From the NCBI GenBank assembly GCA_028867755.1, contig JAGWFT010000001.1, positions 868,727-932,726 on the forward strand: a DNA stretch of 64,000 nucleotides. Direction: 5' to 3'. The position numbers and the translations under genes are program-made. Below the pieces are notes generated by a model. It did no database searches and was not told where the DNA came from. It saw only the letters and a program-made list of their open reading frames with translations. Positions 48,658 through 58,398 of this stretch are shown piece after piece (the stretch's first letter is position 1; every line of letters starts with the position of its first letter). The DNA comes from Nitrososphaerota archaeon (GTDB lineage: Archaea; Thermoproteota; Nitrososphaeria; Nitrososphaerales; Nitrosopumilaceae).

Positions 48658-50856
48658 ATAAACAAAAATGAAACCTCGCTGAAAATATTAGAAGCATATA
48701 CTCGTGATGTTGGTAGAGTCATAGCACGAATCGATTACAATTCCATGGAATCCCTTGGGGTATCAACTGGAGACATTTTAGAGATCAAAGGAAAGCGAAG
48801 ATCGGTTGCAAAATGCCTTCCACTTTATCCGTCTGATGAAGGAAAAGGGGTTATTCGGGTAGATGGTCTTGGACGAAACAATGCAGGTGTAGCAATAGGG
48901 GATACCGTTGTTGTATCCAAGATCAAGACAGTTGCAGCCGATAAGGTCCTAGTTGCACCACTAGAGTCAATCCCAAAGCTAGATGAGCGTTATCTTACTG
49001 ATTCGCTTGAAGGCGTTCCTTTGGTAAAAGGCGACAACGTCATGGTTCCTTACTTTGGAGGAAGGATAACGTTTCAGGTACTTGGATTAACGCCTCCTGC
49101 AGATGCTGTACTTGTAACTTCAAAGACAACATTTAACATTGCTGAAAAAGGCGCCGAGTTGCGCGGGGTTCCACAGGTCTCGTACGAAGATATCGGGGGA
49201 TTAACAGATGAGATCAAAAAAGTTCGTGAAATGATAGAGCTTCCAATGCGACATCCGGAGATTTTTGAGAAACTAGGAGTAGAGGCCCCAAAGGGAATAT
49301 TGCTTTATGGAGTTCCGGGTACTGGCAAGACACTTTTGGCAAAAGCCGTTGCAAATGAAAGCAACGCCAATTTTCTTAGCATATCAGGACCTGAGATAAT
49401 GAGTAAATTTTATGGAGAAAGCGAAGCAAGGCTTAGAGAGATTTTCAAGGAAGCGCGTGAAAAGGCACCATCCATCATATTCATAGATGAGATTGATTCT
49501 ATTGCTCCAAAACGTGAAGAGGTAACAGGTGAGGTTGAGAGAAGAGTGGTATCCCAAATGCTTTCACTGATGGACGGTCTTGAGGGAAGAGGCAAGGTAA
49601 TTGTGATTGCTGCAACAAATAGACCAAATGCGCTTGATCCTGCATTGCGAAGACCTGGAAGGTTTGACAGAGAAATTGAAATCCGAATCCCAGACAAGAA
49701 GGGCCGGCTACAGATACTTTTGATTCACACAAGAAACATGCCATTAAATGAAGATGTCAACTTGGAAAAAATTGCAGCAACAAGCCATGGATATGTGGGA
49801 GCTGACCTTGAATATCTGTGCAAGGAAGCTGCAATGAAATGCTTGCGAAGACTGTTGCCAGAAATTAATCTTGCAGACGAAAAGATTCCAGTTGAAACTT
49901 TGGACAAGCTTATTGTAAATGATGAAGATTACCAGTTTGCATTTCGCGAAGTCACACCTGCCGGCATGCGTGAAGTTTACATTGAAAAGCCTGACGTAAA
50001 ATGGGACGAAATTGGAGGGCTTGAAAATGTAAAGCTTGAACTGCAAGAGGCAGTAGAGTGGCCAATGAAATATCCTGTACTTTATTCAAAACTTGGGCAC
50101 AAAATGCCAAAGGGAATCCTGCTTTATGGCTCAAGCGGCACTGGAAAGACACTTTTGGCAAAAGCTGTTGCAACAGAGAGCGAGGCTAATTTTATCTCTG
50201 TAAAGGGGCCTGAGCTTTTATCAAAATGGGTTGGAGAGTCAGAGCGTGGAATACGTGAGATATTTCGAAGGGCAAGGCAGGCGTCCCCCTGTGTAATATT
50301 TTTTGATGAGGTTGACTCTATTGCACCCATCAGGGGGTCTATGGACAGTGGGTCTAGTGAGAAAGTTGTTAGCCAGCTATTGACTGAGCTTGATGGCATT
50401 GCAAGCCTCAATGAGGTGGTAGTCATTGCGGCAACAAACAGGGCAGACATGATAGACAGAGCGTTGATTCGACCAGGGAGATTTGACAAGATAGTTCTAG
50501 TGCCAATTCCAGACAAAGCAGGACGACTCAAAATATTGCAGATTAGCTCAAGAGATGTTCCAATGTACGTGGGTGACGGTACTGCCACTGATGAAAATCC
50601 TGATTATGTCAATCTTGAAAAAGTTGCAGATTCAACTGATGGGTTTAGCGGTGCAGACGTTGCTGCAATTGCTAACACTGCTGCATCAATTGTGATAAAC
50701 GAGTTCATTGACAAGTATCCTGATCCAAAGGAGGCAGAAAAACACACCGAGGTTGCCAAAGTTATGATGCGACACTTTGAGGATGCAATCAAAAAAGTCA
50801 GGGCCCAAAAAGATCTAAAGATTGGGCAAAAATTATCTGTGTCACACTTTAGGTGA
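48658..50856 (+). CDS. CDC48/VCP family AAA ATPase (open frame extends upstream of ATG 48745; probable start ATA 48658)
   Basis: [19 protein letters not shown]-domain in frame upstream; two AAA modules; [15 protein letters not shown]. Confidence 0.92.
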   Translation: MNKNETSLKILEAYTRDVGRVIARIDYNSMESLGVSTGDILEIKGKRRSVAKCLPLYPSDEGKGVIRVDGLGRNNAGVAIGDTVVVSKIKTVAADKVLVAPLESIPKLDERYLTDSLEGVPLVKGDNVMVPYFGGRITFQVLGLTPPADAVLVTSKTTFNIAEKGAELRGVPQVSYEDIGGLTDEIKKVREMIELPMRHPEIFEKLGVEAPKGILLYGVPGTGKTLLAKAVANESNANFLSISGPEIMSKFYGESEARLREIFKEAREKAPSIIFIDEIDSIAPKREEVTGEVERRVVSQMLSLMDGLEGRGKVIVIAATNRPNALDPALRRPGRFDREIEIRIPDKKGRLQILLIHTRNMPLNEDVNLEKIAATSHGYVGADLEYLCKEAAMKCLRRLLPEINLADEKIPVETLDKLIVNDEDYQFAFREVTPAGMREVYIEKPDVKWDEIGGLENVKLELQEAVEWPMKYPVLYSKLGHKMPKGILLYGSSGTGKTLLAKAVATESEANFISVKGPELLSKWVGESERGIREIFRRARQASPCVIFFDEVDSIAPIRGSMDSGSSEKVVSQLLTELDGIASLNEVVVIAATNRADMIDRALIRPGRFDKIVLVPIPDKAGRLKILQISSRDVPMYVGDGTATDENPDYVNLEKVADSTDGFSGADVAAIANTAASIVINEFIDKYPDPKEAEKHTEVAKVMMRHFEDAIKKVRAQKDLKIGQKLSVSHFR

Positions 50857-50876
50857 TTTTTTATCTGACACTGTTT

Positions 50877-50908
50877 GAAAAGAAGTGCTCTACCGCTCAC
50901 TTCTTTTC
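50877..50908. terminator. Hairpin between convergent transcripts
   Basis: Perfect 11-bp inverted repeat GAAAAGAAGTG-N10-CACTTCTTTTC just after the CDC48 stop. Confidence 0.55.
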
Positions 50909-50970
50909 TATATTTGTTAACATGGGATTTTGTTGGAAAAAGGAAAAGACCCTTTCAGGTCAATTATGAT

Positions 50971-51024
50971 TTACTTTTTGCTTTTTGACTTCTTTGATTT
51001 TGCTTTTGATTTGGCTTTTGCCAT
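50971..51024 (-). CDS. 17-aa Lys/Ser/Ala-rich basic micropeptide (not in ORF track)
   Basis: MAKAKSKAKSKKSKSKK*; CTTAATA 23-29 nt upstream. Confidence 0.45.
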   Translation of the reverse strand: MAKAKSKAKSKKSKSKK

Positions 51025-51231
51025 ACAAAGTAAGACTTTGCATGGCTATTAAGCATAGGGTTTTTCGTTTTCTGACATTGATTTGTGATTTTTGCAATTA
51101 ATTTTGCTCAACTTTTTTGATTTGCAAAATTTGATTTGACTAAAACAGCATACAACATCAAATAGTTTGAACAAGAGATCTAACTGTCAATTGATTTTCT
51201 GCATTGTTTGATCTAAAATTTTGCTTTTCAT

Positions 51232-51981
51232 CTACAGAACATTTGGTATCATTGACTCGTTACCGATTATAGAGCCGTCAAGTGTGACTATTTTTGCAGA
51301 TTTTGGCGTCTTGATGGCGTTTATGATTGGAGAAATTGATTTTTTGTACGATCTTTTGAATGTCGCGTAAAAATACTTGTTAAACGATGGCACTATGACG
51401 ATCTCTATCTCACCTACAGTTGAAGGAAAGATTTGGCTCTTTTCTGCCTTGATTGATACCCATACTCGCTGGCCATCAAGGACCGAGCCCTCCTGAAAGT
51501 ATACTGGATGAACGTGGCCCATCACAATCTTGTTTATGTGGGATAGGTTCTCAGACGGCATTACATGCCCATGGGTCAGTAGTACATCGCCAACTACAAT
51601 GCCTGATGAGCTAGATACCGTTACCCAGTCTGGAACAAGTTTCTGTATATTGCCATCATGGTTTCCTGGAATTACAACTGTGTCAATCTTTTTCCCAATC
51701 TCGAAAAAAAGCGGCACGGCACTCCATTCTATCTTGGATATTGTCTCTACACCTGACTTGATATCGCCTAGCAATACAAGTGAGTCTGGTTTTTGGGATT
51801 CTATGATTGACTCTAGGCTTTGTATTGTTTCTGCAATCATTTGCTTTGGATCGATATGTATGTCATTTGCAACAAGCTTGCTTTCAAATCCGATATGCAG
51901 GTCAGTCACGACAAGATAGCGTTTTTTGTCTTCTACAATTAGGGCAGGCTGAGATTTGACTAGCCTTGTTAATACCATCAA
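51232..51981 (-). CDS. Metallophosphoesterase (calcineurin-like)
   Basis: TDLHIG, LLGDIK, PGNHD, THGH, GHVHP. Confidence 0.9.
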   Translation of the reverse strand: MMVLTRLVKSQPALIVEDKKRYLVVTDLHIGFESKLVANDIHIDPKQMIAETIQSLESIIESQKPDSLVLLGDIKSGVETISKIEWSAVPLFFEIGKKIDTVVIPGNHDGNIQKLVPDWVTVSSSSGIVVGDVLLTHGHVMPSENLSHINKIVMGHVHPVYFQEGSVLDGQRVWVSIKAEKSQIFPSTVGEIEIVIVPSFNKYFYATFKRSYKKSISPIINAIKTPKSAKIVTLDGSIIGNESMIPNVL

Positions 51982-52012
51982 AGATAATACATTAGTTTTG
52001 AATTAAATTCTT

Positions 52013-52315
52013 GTGAAAGGACGCGGCGATGCCGACTCTATTGTATCTGCCATGGGTGTCAAGCTGCACTACTTTGAGCCAAGCGGGAGAAAAATCTGGA
52101 CCGTAGTAGGAAATGAAAATGAGCACTGGCTTGACCCTGATCTGGGGTTTTGCTCTTGTGCAGATTATTATTACAATGCACTAAGTACTGGTGGAGAGTG
52201 CTACCATCTCAAGGCAGTGAGAGTAGCACAGGCACAAAATAAGATTGAGACTGTGAAATTTTCTGATTTGGAGTTTGAGAATTTTATTTCTGCTCTAGTC
52301 AAAGACTTACTGTAA
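52013..52315 (+). CDS. SWIM zinc-finger protein
   Basis: FCSCADY...ECYHL (CxC...CxH). Confidence 0.82.
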   Translation: MKGRGDADSIVSAMGVKLHYFEPSGRKIWTVVGNENEHWLDPDLGFCSCADYYYNALSTGGECYHLKAVRVAQAQNKIETVKFSDLEFENFISALVKDLL

Positions 52316-52595
52316 ACAAGTCTTCTTTTGCAACACCCTTCCAAAGACCAATCATTCCCTCTGGCTTTACTGGCTCTACTTTTGTTATCTTTTGAATCTT
52401 GATGTGGTCAGGATTTGGCGGCATCCAGAGCATTGCCATGTAATCACCCACTGTGCCAACAGCGTCTGGCCTTGCAGAGACTATCTTTTCTTTTGCAAAT
52501 CCCTTTGATACTAGTGCATCAACTGCCTTTTGCTCCAAGTCTCGTCTGCCATGGGTAAAAAGATAGATTGACTTTTGCAAGTCTATTGCACTCAT
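52299..52595 (-). CDS. Hypothetical protein (98 aa)
   Basis: C-terminal part of ORF 52299..52994 from MSAIDLQ; the upstream part is antisense to purD. Confidence 0.7.
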   Translation of the reverse strand: MSAIDLQKSIYLFTHGRRDLEQKAVDALVSKGFAKEKIVSARPDAVGTVGDYMAMLWMPPNPDHIKIQKITKVEPVKPEGMIGLWKGVAKEDLFTVSL

Positions 52596-52681
52596 GGCTC
52601 TTTGAGATTGGGCACCGTTAATCAATATTTCTGCGTGGCATTTTTTTTCATTAGCTTTTATACGAGCCACATGAAGAAAAA

Positions 52682-53962
52682 TTGTTGATAAACGTTCTAG
52701 TTGTGGGCTCTGGCGGACGCGAGCATGCACTTGGGTGGAAATTATCTTCCAGTCCCAAAGTTGGCATAGTGTACCATGCGCCAGGAAATGGCGGAACTCC
52801 AAATAATGTTGAAATTGAGGTGCACGAGATTGAAAAACTTGCAAAATTTGCGTCTGAGAATAACTGCCTGACTGTGGTAGGCCCAGAGGTGCCGCTTGCT
52901 GCAGGAATTGTGGACGAGTTTGCAAAAAAAGGTCTTGCGATATTTGGCCCAACAAAAGCTGCAGCTCAGCTAGAGTCAAGTAAGGTCTGGGCAAAAAATT
53001 TCATGAAAAGAAATGGCATCCCAACTGCACGCTTTGAGGTATTTGACGATGCAACAAAGGCAAAAGAGTATGCAAAATCAGTTGATTATTCACTTGTAGT
53101 AAAGGCAGATGGGCTGGCAGCAGGAAAAGGAGTGATTGTATGCAATGATAAATCAGAGGCAATCTCTGCAATTGACAAGATTCTAGTTGACAAGAGTTTT
53201 GGCGCATCAGGTGCTAGAATTATTTTAGAAGAGAGAATTGATGGTGTGGAGGCGTCATATATCGCAATCTCAGATGGCAATGTTGCATATCCAATGGCTA
53301 CAAGCCAGGATCACAAAAGAATCTATGACAACGATAAAGGGCCAAACACAGGCGGCATGGGTGCATACTCGCCAACTGGCGTTATTGATGATACCATGGC
53401 AGAAAATATTCAAAAAAATGTAATTGAAAAAACTGTCTTGTCGATGAAAAAAGAAAACATCTTGTTTTGTGGATTTTTGTATGCTGGAATAATGGTAAAA
53501 GACGGCAAGCCGTATGTTTTAGAGTTTAATGCAAGGATGGGCGACCCAGAGTGCCAGCCCATAATGATGAGGATGGACTCTGACCTGCTTGATTACATCC
53601 AGGCAAGCATTGATGGAACACTTGCTAGCCTTCCCAATATATCATGGAAGCGCCAGAGTGCAGTCTGCGTGGTCTTGGCCTCAAAGGGATATCCTGATTC
53701 TTATCCAAAAAACGAAGAGATTTTGGGCCTTGATGCATCAAACAAGGACTCGTATGTGTTTCATGCTGGAACAAGGCGTGTGGATGGCAAGGTGTTGACA
53801 AATGGTGGGCGTGTACTTGGAGTTACTGCAACAGGTGATACGTTGCAAAGTGCAATCTACAATGCATATACCAGAGTTGAGAAGATTAGATGGCCTAGTA
53901 AATACTGCAGAACCGACATTGGAAAAAAAGGACTCAGATCCTCTGTGGGTTCAGACTTGTAA
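52682..53962 (+). CDS. purD: Phosphoribosylamine--glycine ligase
   Basis: GSGGREHAL, VVGPE, KADGLAAGKGV, QDHKR, NTGGMGAYSP, EFNARMGDPE. Confidence 0.97.
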   Translation: MLINVLVVGSGGREHALGWKLSSSPKVGIVYHAPGNGGTPNNVEIEVHEIEKLAKFASENNCLTVVGPEVPLAAGIVDEFAKKGLAIFGPTKAAAQLESSKVWAKNFMKRNGIPTARFEVFDDATKAKEYAKSVDYSLVVKADGLAAGKGVIVCNDKSEAISAIDKILVDKSFGASGARIILEERIDGVEASYIAISDGNVAYPMATSQDHKRIYDNDKGPNTGGMGAYSPTGVIDDTMAENIQKNVIEKTVLSMKKENILFCGFLYAGIMVKDGKPYVLEFNARMGDPECQPIMMRMDSDLLDYIQASIDGTLASLPNISWKRQSAVCVVLASKGYPDSYPKNEEILGLDASNKDSYVFHAGTRRVDGKVLTNGGRVLGVTATGDTLQSAIYNAYTRVEKIRWPSKYCRTDIGKKGLRSSVGSDL

Positions 53963-53980
53963 GATTCTGGACTGGATAAC

Positions 53981-54430
53981 TTACTTTATCTTGAATTTTC
54001 TAGAAACCATTATTGCCCCAATTATGGCGCATATGGAAATTATCCCAACCATTGAGCCAAATTCTGGAACCGTCTGCATGATTATCTTTGTAGATGTAAC
54101 TACTTGCCCATTAATTTTGGCATTTGCCTCTATTCCAAAATTGCCTGAGGTTGCTGTTGGTGGCACTTTAAATTGGAGTGCAAAGTTGCCATTGGAATCA
54201 GTTTGAACTGTCCTAATTACAATAAGATTTCCACTTGGATCTTTAACTTGAATTCCAACCAGAGTATTTGGAGCTCCGCTTATTGCTCCATTTATCTGAA
54301 CCGTATCACCAGGGCCATACGAATTTTTGTCGGTATTGAGAATTATCTGTGCTTGTTCAGTAGAAGGATGCACCATTAGAGAAATCAATACAATTGAAAG
54401 CAATGTAAAGAGTACTGTAAAATGTTTCAT
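53981..54430 (-). CDS. Secreted Ig-like protein with PEFG-CTERM anchor
   Basis: Signal peptide; TDKNSY.PGD.V.I.G; VPEFG + TM helix + RKFKIK. Confidence 0.85.
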   Translation of the reverse strand: MKHFTVLFTLLSIVLISLMVHPSTEQAQIILNTDKNSYGPGDTVQINGAISGAPNTLVGIQVKDPSGNLIVIRTVQTDSNGNFALQFKVPPTATSGNFGIEANAKINGQVVTSTKIIMQTVPEFGSMVGIISICAIIGAIMVSRKFKIK

Positions 54431-54431
54431 C

Positions 54432-55874
54432 TTATTGAATCCCTACTGTTGCTGAGGACTCTGCAGTAAGAGGTGTACCACCATTGCTTGGCCAGTCAGA
54501 ATAAACATCTGCATAAATAGTAGCAGCACCAACACTGGCTCCTGCAGGGATGTAGAATGATACCACCGTCTCACTGCTTCCAGATCCTAATGTTGTTTTG
54601 ATTGAACCAATGCCTAGACTAGTACCATCAGATCCTACCAAGTTGAGAGTGACAAGCGCAGATTGGCTTGAGGTAGACGACAAGACTACTTTAGCAAAAC
54701 CTGTTCCTCCCCTTGTAAATGATGTTACACTATTATTTCCTTGTTGGTCTGTCGGTTGTACAGAGGTTAGAGATACACTAGATAGTTGAGGCGTGTAAAT
54801 CGGTGATAACACCATAAATTGAGCGGAGCCTTTTACATAGTTGTCATTATATGACATGGTTGCAGTTATCTGATAAGTTCCAGCTTTGGCATCTGGTGGT
54901 AATCCTATCTTAAGTACGCCATAACCCTGATTATCTGTTGATATTGTTCTTGATGAAATAACATTGGATAGTGGATCTGTAACAAGAATAGCTACATTCT
55001 GTCCTGCTGGAACACCGGGAGAATACGTCGTTATGGTTGTAGTATCACCTGGATTATACGATGATTTGTCAGATTGAACATTTATTGTGTATGGTGTTGG
55101 CGTAGGAGGAGACGATTGCACTCCATTTCCCACGATAATTTCACCTGTCATCCATGGATGAACCATACAAAAGTAATTGTATGTGCCTGCGGTATTGAAA
55201 GCAGTGCTTGTGTAGGACTTACCAGCTGCAATCAAGCTACTGTCAAAGACAGTGCCAGTCTGACTGTCTGATGGTTTACCGCTTGTTGCAGTGTGACCAA
55301 CGGTGTCAGTGTTTGTCCAAGTTACAGTCTGTCCGATATTGATGTTTAAAATATTTGGATTAAAACAACTTGTTGCTGAGCATGTTCCGTTTGTGGCGCT
55401 TGCACCCCTACTAATTGTTACTTGAGTGCCAGATGGAGTTTGAGATAGCGGTGGAGTATACGGCGGAGTTATTGGTGATACGCTTGCTGTACCAACAATA
55501 ATTTCACCTGTCATCCATGGATGAACCATACAAAAGTAATTGTATGTGCCTGCGGTATTGAAAGCAGTACTCGTGTAAGATTTGCCAGCTGCAATCAAGC
55601 TACTGTCAAAGACAGTGCCAGTTTGATTATCAGATGGGTGACCACTTGTTGCAGTATGTCCAACGGTATCAGCATTTGTCCAAGTTATAGTATCTCCAAT
55701 GCTGATGTTTGCAACTTGGGGATTGAAGCAGGTTGTTGCTGAGCATATTCCGTTTGTAGCACTTGCGCCCTTGCTAATTGTTATTGGGACGTTTGCTGCA
55801 TAAGCTGGTTGAGCTATTGCAAAAATTCCAGCAACTAGGATAAGAGAGAATACAAATAAGTTGTTGTATCTCAT
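54432..55874 (-). CDS. Secreted multidomain protein with two type-1 cupredoxin domains and Ig-like C-terminal domains
   Basis: Two copies of WTN.DTVGHT...YFCMVHPWMTG. Confidence 0.88.
   Translation of the reverse strand: MRYNNLFVFSLILVAGIFAIAQPAYAANVPITISKGASATNGICSATTCFNPQVANISIGDTITWTNADTVGHTATSGHPSDNQTGTVFDSSLIAAGKSYTSTAFNTAGTYNYFCMVHPWMTGEIIVGTASVSPITPPYTPPLSQTPSGTQVTISRGASATNGTCSATSCFNPNILNINIGQTVTWTNTDTVGHTATSGKPSDSQTGTVFDSSLIAAGKSYTSTAFNTAGTYNYFCMVHPWMTGEIIVGNGVQSSPPTPTPYTINVQSDKSSYNPGDTTTITTYSPGVPAGQNVAILVTDPLSNVISSRTISTDNQGYGVLKIGLPPDAKAGTYQITATMSYNDNYVKGSAQFMVLSPIYTPQLSSVSLTSVQPTDQQGNNSVTSFTRGGTGFAKVVLSSTSSQSALVTLNLVGSDGTSLGIGSIKTTLGSGSSETVVSFYIPAGASVGAATIYADVYSDWPSNGGTPLTAESSATVGIQ
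55135..55790 (-). repeat. Internal tandem duplication, 363-nt period
   Basis: Long identical DNA tracts, e.g. ATAATTTCACCTGTCATCCATGGATGAACCATACAAAAGTAATTGTATGTGCCTGCGGTATTGAAAGCAGT at 55135 and 55498. Confidence 0.9.
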
Positions 55875-55943
55875 TAGTATTGTACGTAGTATTCCACTAT
55901 ATGACTTTGATCCTAATCTCGTATAATGTCTTTGTCCATTTAA

Positions 55944-55976
55944 ACTCGAATCTTTAGTGGATTCAGACCTGTAAGA
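55944..55976 (+). repeat. Degenerate orphan copy of the purD 3' end
   Basis: ACTCGAATCTTTAGTGGATTCAGACCTGTAAGA vs 53932-53964 ACTCAGATCCTCTGTGGGTTCAGACTTGTAAGA: 26/33, last 20 nt 18/20; reads VDSDL* vs VGSDL*. Confidence 0.75.
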
Positions 55977-56012
55977 GCTTGAACTAGAATGGAAAATATT
56001 GATTCTGTTCTA

Positions 56013-56576
56013 TTATGAATCAGGATAGATAATCTCACTTTCTGTTACAATACAGTCCACTTTGACGTCATGGTTTTCGTGAGGAATCACTTTTACGACT
56101 TGTTTAGAATAGGATAACGCAATCTTCTTGGAACGCTTGTCATGCAGATATCTGTCATAGTATCCAAATCCATATCCTAGCCTGTATCCTTCCCTTGTCA
56201 GTGCAATTGCAGGCACCAAAATCACCTCAAGCTTCTTTACTGTCTCGCAGCGCTCCTTTGGTTCCATAACAGAAAAGTTTCCAAGCTCAAGGTCTGAAAA
56301 ACTAGAAATTTTCTTAAAGACCAAGTCATCTTTTTCCACCCTTGGAAGTGACAGTTCCTTTCCTGCATTTAGTATCTCTTGCAAGATATCTTGTGTGTGA
56401 ACCTCGCTTCCTACCGCATGATACCCGCCTATTATCTTGGCATTTCTGTAAAACTCTATCTTTCGCAGGTTATCCTGAATCTTGCCGCTTGCTATCTTGA
56501 TAAAATCAAGCGAGGTGTTGTCGCGCTGGTCCAAAAGTTGCTTGCGAAGACGCGCCTTTTCAACGATTTGTGGCAA
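56013..56576 (-). CDS. 5-formyltetrahydrofolate cyclo-ligase
   Basis: LPRV, ILVPAIA...GYRLGYGFGYYDRYL, HDVKVD.IVTE. Confidence 0.93.
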   Translation of the reverse strand: MPQIVEKARLRKQLLDQRDNTSLDFIKIASGKIQDNLRKIEFYRNAKIIGGYHAVGSEVHTQDILQEILNAGKELSLPRVEKDDLVFKKISSFSDLELGNFSVMEPKERCETVKKLEVILVPAIALTREGYRLGYGFGYYDRYLHDKRSKKIALSYSKQVVKVIPHENHDVKVDCIVTESEIIYPDS

Positions 56577-57429
56577 ATCCTTTACTAATTGAAGCTGCAG
56601 TGACAGTGTTTCTTAAAAGCATCGCTCTAGTCATGGGCCCAACACCCCCAGGAACAGGAGTTGCATATGACGCCTTTTTGATTATACCATCATAATCAGC
56701 ATCTCCTGCAAGCTTGCCATTTACCCTGCTTGTCCCAACATCAATTACAACAGCACCTTCTCGTATCATGTCTGCAGTAAGGGTAAACTTGGCCCTGTTC
56801 CCAACCGCAGTTACCACAATGTCTGCACCAAGGCACAGATCCTTGAGATTTTTTGTCTTAGAATGGCATGTAGTAACAGTAGCATTTTTTTCTAGCATGA
56901 GATGATAAAGCGGCTTTCCTACCAAGTTGCTCCTGTTTATTATGACAACATTTTTTCCAGACAGGTCAATGCCATAGTAATCAAACAGTTCCATTATCCC
57001 TGATGGTGTGCATGGTTTTAGAATTGCCCTGCCAGAGGCCAAGAGGCCAACGTTGTAGGGAGTCAGACCATCAACATCTTTTATTGGCGAGATGCGAGTT
57101 GTCGTTGAAAACTCGTCAAGTTGCTTTGGCAGCGGCAACTGGACTAGAATTCCATGAACCGTCTTATCATTATTTAGAAGGTCAATGAGGCTGTCAAGTT
57201 CCATCTGAGAGAACTCTTGTGGTAATCTATGGTCCTTTGTGATGATGCCAACCTCGGCGCAATCTTTTTGCTTGCTTGTTACATATGACGCAGATGCTGG
57301 GTCGTCTCCAATTAGTATGGTTGCAAGGCATGGCTCGACACCATCTTTTTTGAGCTCAGAAACTGATGCCCTAACTAACTCCTTGACAGAATTTGCAACT
57401 GTAATACCGTCTATTTTCTGTCCAGTCAA
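56560..57429 (-). CDS. folD: Methylenetetrahydrofolate dehydrogenase/cyclohydrolase
   Basis: ASYVTSK, GILVQLPLP, KDVDG, PCTP.G, RSNLVGKP, TPVPGGVGPMT. Confidence 0.97.
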   Translation of the reverse strand: MTGQKIDGITVANSVKELVRASVSELKKDGVEPCLATILIGDDPASASYVTSKQKDCAEVGIITKDHRLPQEFSQMELDSLIDLLNNDKTVHGILVQLPLPKQLDEFSTTTRISPIKDVDGLTPYNVGLLASGRAILKPCTPSGIMELFDYYGIDLSGKNVVIINRSNLVGKPLYHLMLEKNATVTTCHSKTKNLKDLCLGADIVVTAVGNRAKFTLTADMIREGAVVIDVGTSRVNGKLAGDADYDGIIKKASYATPVPGGVGPMTRAMLLRNTVTAASISKGFATNR

Positions 57430-57496
57430 ACATCATTGAGTAACTTTTAGGATATTTAATCCTTGGAATTTATTATCTCAAACTACGATAGATTTC

Positions 57497-58042
57497 TTGA
57501 TGAATCTACGAGAAGCAGAAACTGTAATTCGGGATACCATTGAGCAAATAAAAAAACACGAAATAGAGCTGCACCAAGGATGTGTTGCATGCCACGTAAT
57601 ATTTTCACTAAAACAAAAGTCTGGAAGATCAGAACAAGACGCAGCAGACATGATGTCAGAAATTCTAACAAATGACCCAGAATTAAATTCTGAACTAATA
57701 GAGACTGTGGAGCAGGTACACATGACAGAGCGAGGAATGGGGGGAACATTCGCAGCAAGAGAGCGAGAATCAAAGGACATCTATCTTGAAGCCTACTTTG
57801 CAAATGTACTTGACGAGCTTACATCAGACCTGCAACATGCAACGCACGATGTCATACTGAGAAAATTACTGCTAAGCTACCTGTCGCTCTATCTTGCACA
57901 AACCATCGGCGTGGATTATCATGCAGCAACTGAGGAACTCTATTACCTATTGCGAAAAGATGATGGCAAGAATTCAAAGATTGCACAACTGATTGCAAGA
58001 TTTGAAGAAAGGATAAAAAAACAAGGTTCTGGCATGCGTTAA
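57497..58042 (+). CDS. Hypothetical protein
   Basis: 181-aa ORF with HQGCVACH Cys/His motif. Confidence 0.75.
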   Translation: MMNLREAETVIRDTIEQIKKHEIELHQGCVACHVIFSLKQKSGRSEQDAADMMSEILTNDPELNSELIETVEQVHMTERGMGGTFAARERESKDIYLEAYFANVLDELTSDLQHATHDVILRKLLLSYLSLYLAQTIGVDYHAATEELYYLLRKDDGKNSKIAQLIARFEERIKKQGSGMR

Positions 58043-58077
58043 ATCCATTAATATCTCAACTAGCCCATGCTAAACTA

Positions 58078-58398
58078 TTGAAGATAGAGTTTGATACAAA
58101 AAAATATGTAAAAGACTTGGCCAAGTCCAAGTCATATTTTCACACATTTCTGAATAAAGAAAACATTGCCGCAGGCATTCTAAGACTTGAGCCAGGTGAA
58201 AAAGACACCCAATCTCCACATGAGAGCGACGAGGTGTATTATATCGTAAAAGGAGACGGCTTTTTGAGCATAGGTGGCAAGGATTACAAAATATCAGAAG
58301 GAATGTCATACTATGTGGCAAAAAACATTGAACACCAATTCCATAATAACACAAAAGAGCTAATAGTTGTGTATTTTTTTAGTGGGCAAGACTCTTAG
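58078..58398 (+). CDS. Cupin domain protein
   Basis: QSPHESDEVYYIVKG.G...IGG, YYVAKNIEHQFH. Confidence 0.88.
   Translation: MKIEFDTKKYVKDLAKSKSYFHTFLNKENIAAGILRLEPGEKDTQSPHESDEVYYIVKGDGFLSIGGKDYKISEGMSYYVAKNIEHQFHNNTKELIVVYFFSGQDS

Noticed and set aside
52596-52994. N-terminal 133 aa of the 231-aa minus ORF
   Set aside because: Overlaps purD and its promoter antisense; only the part from MSAIDLQ looks like a real protein.
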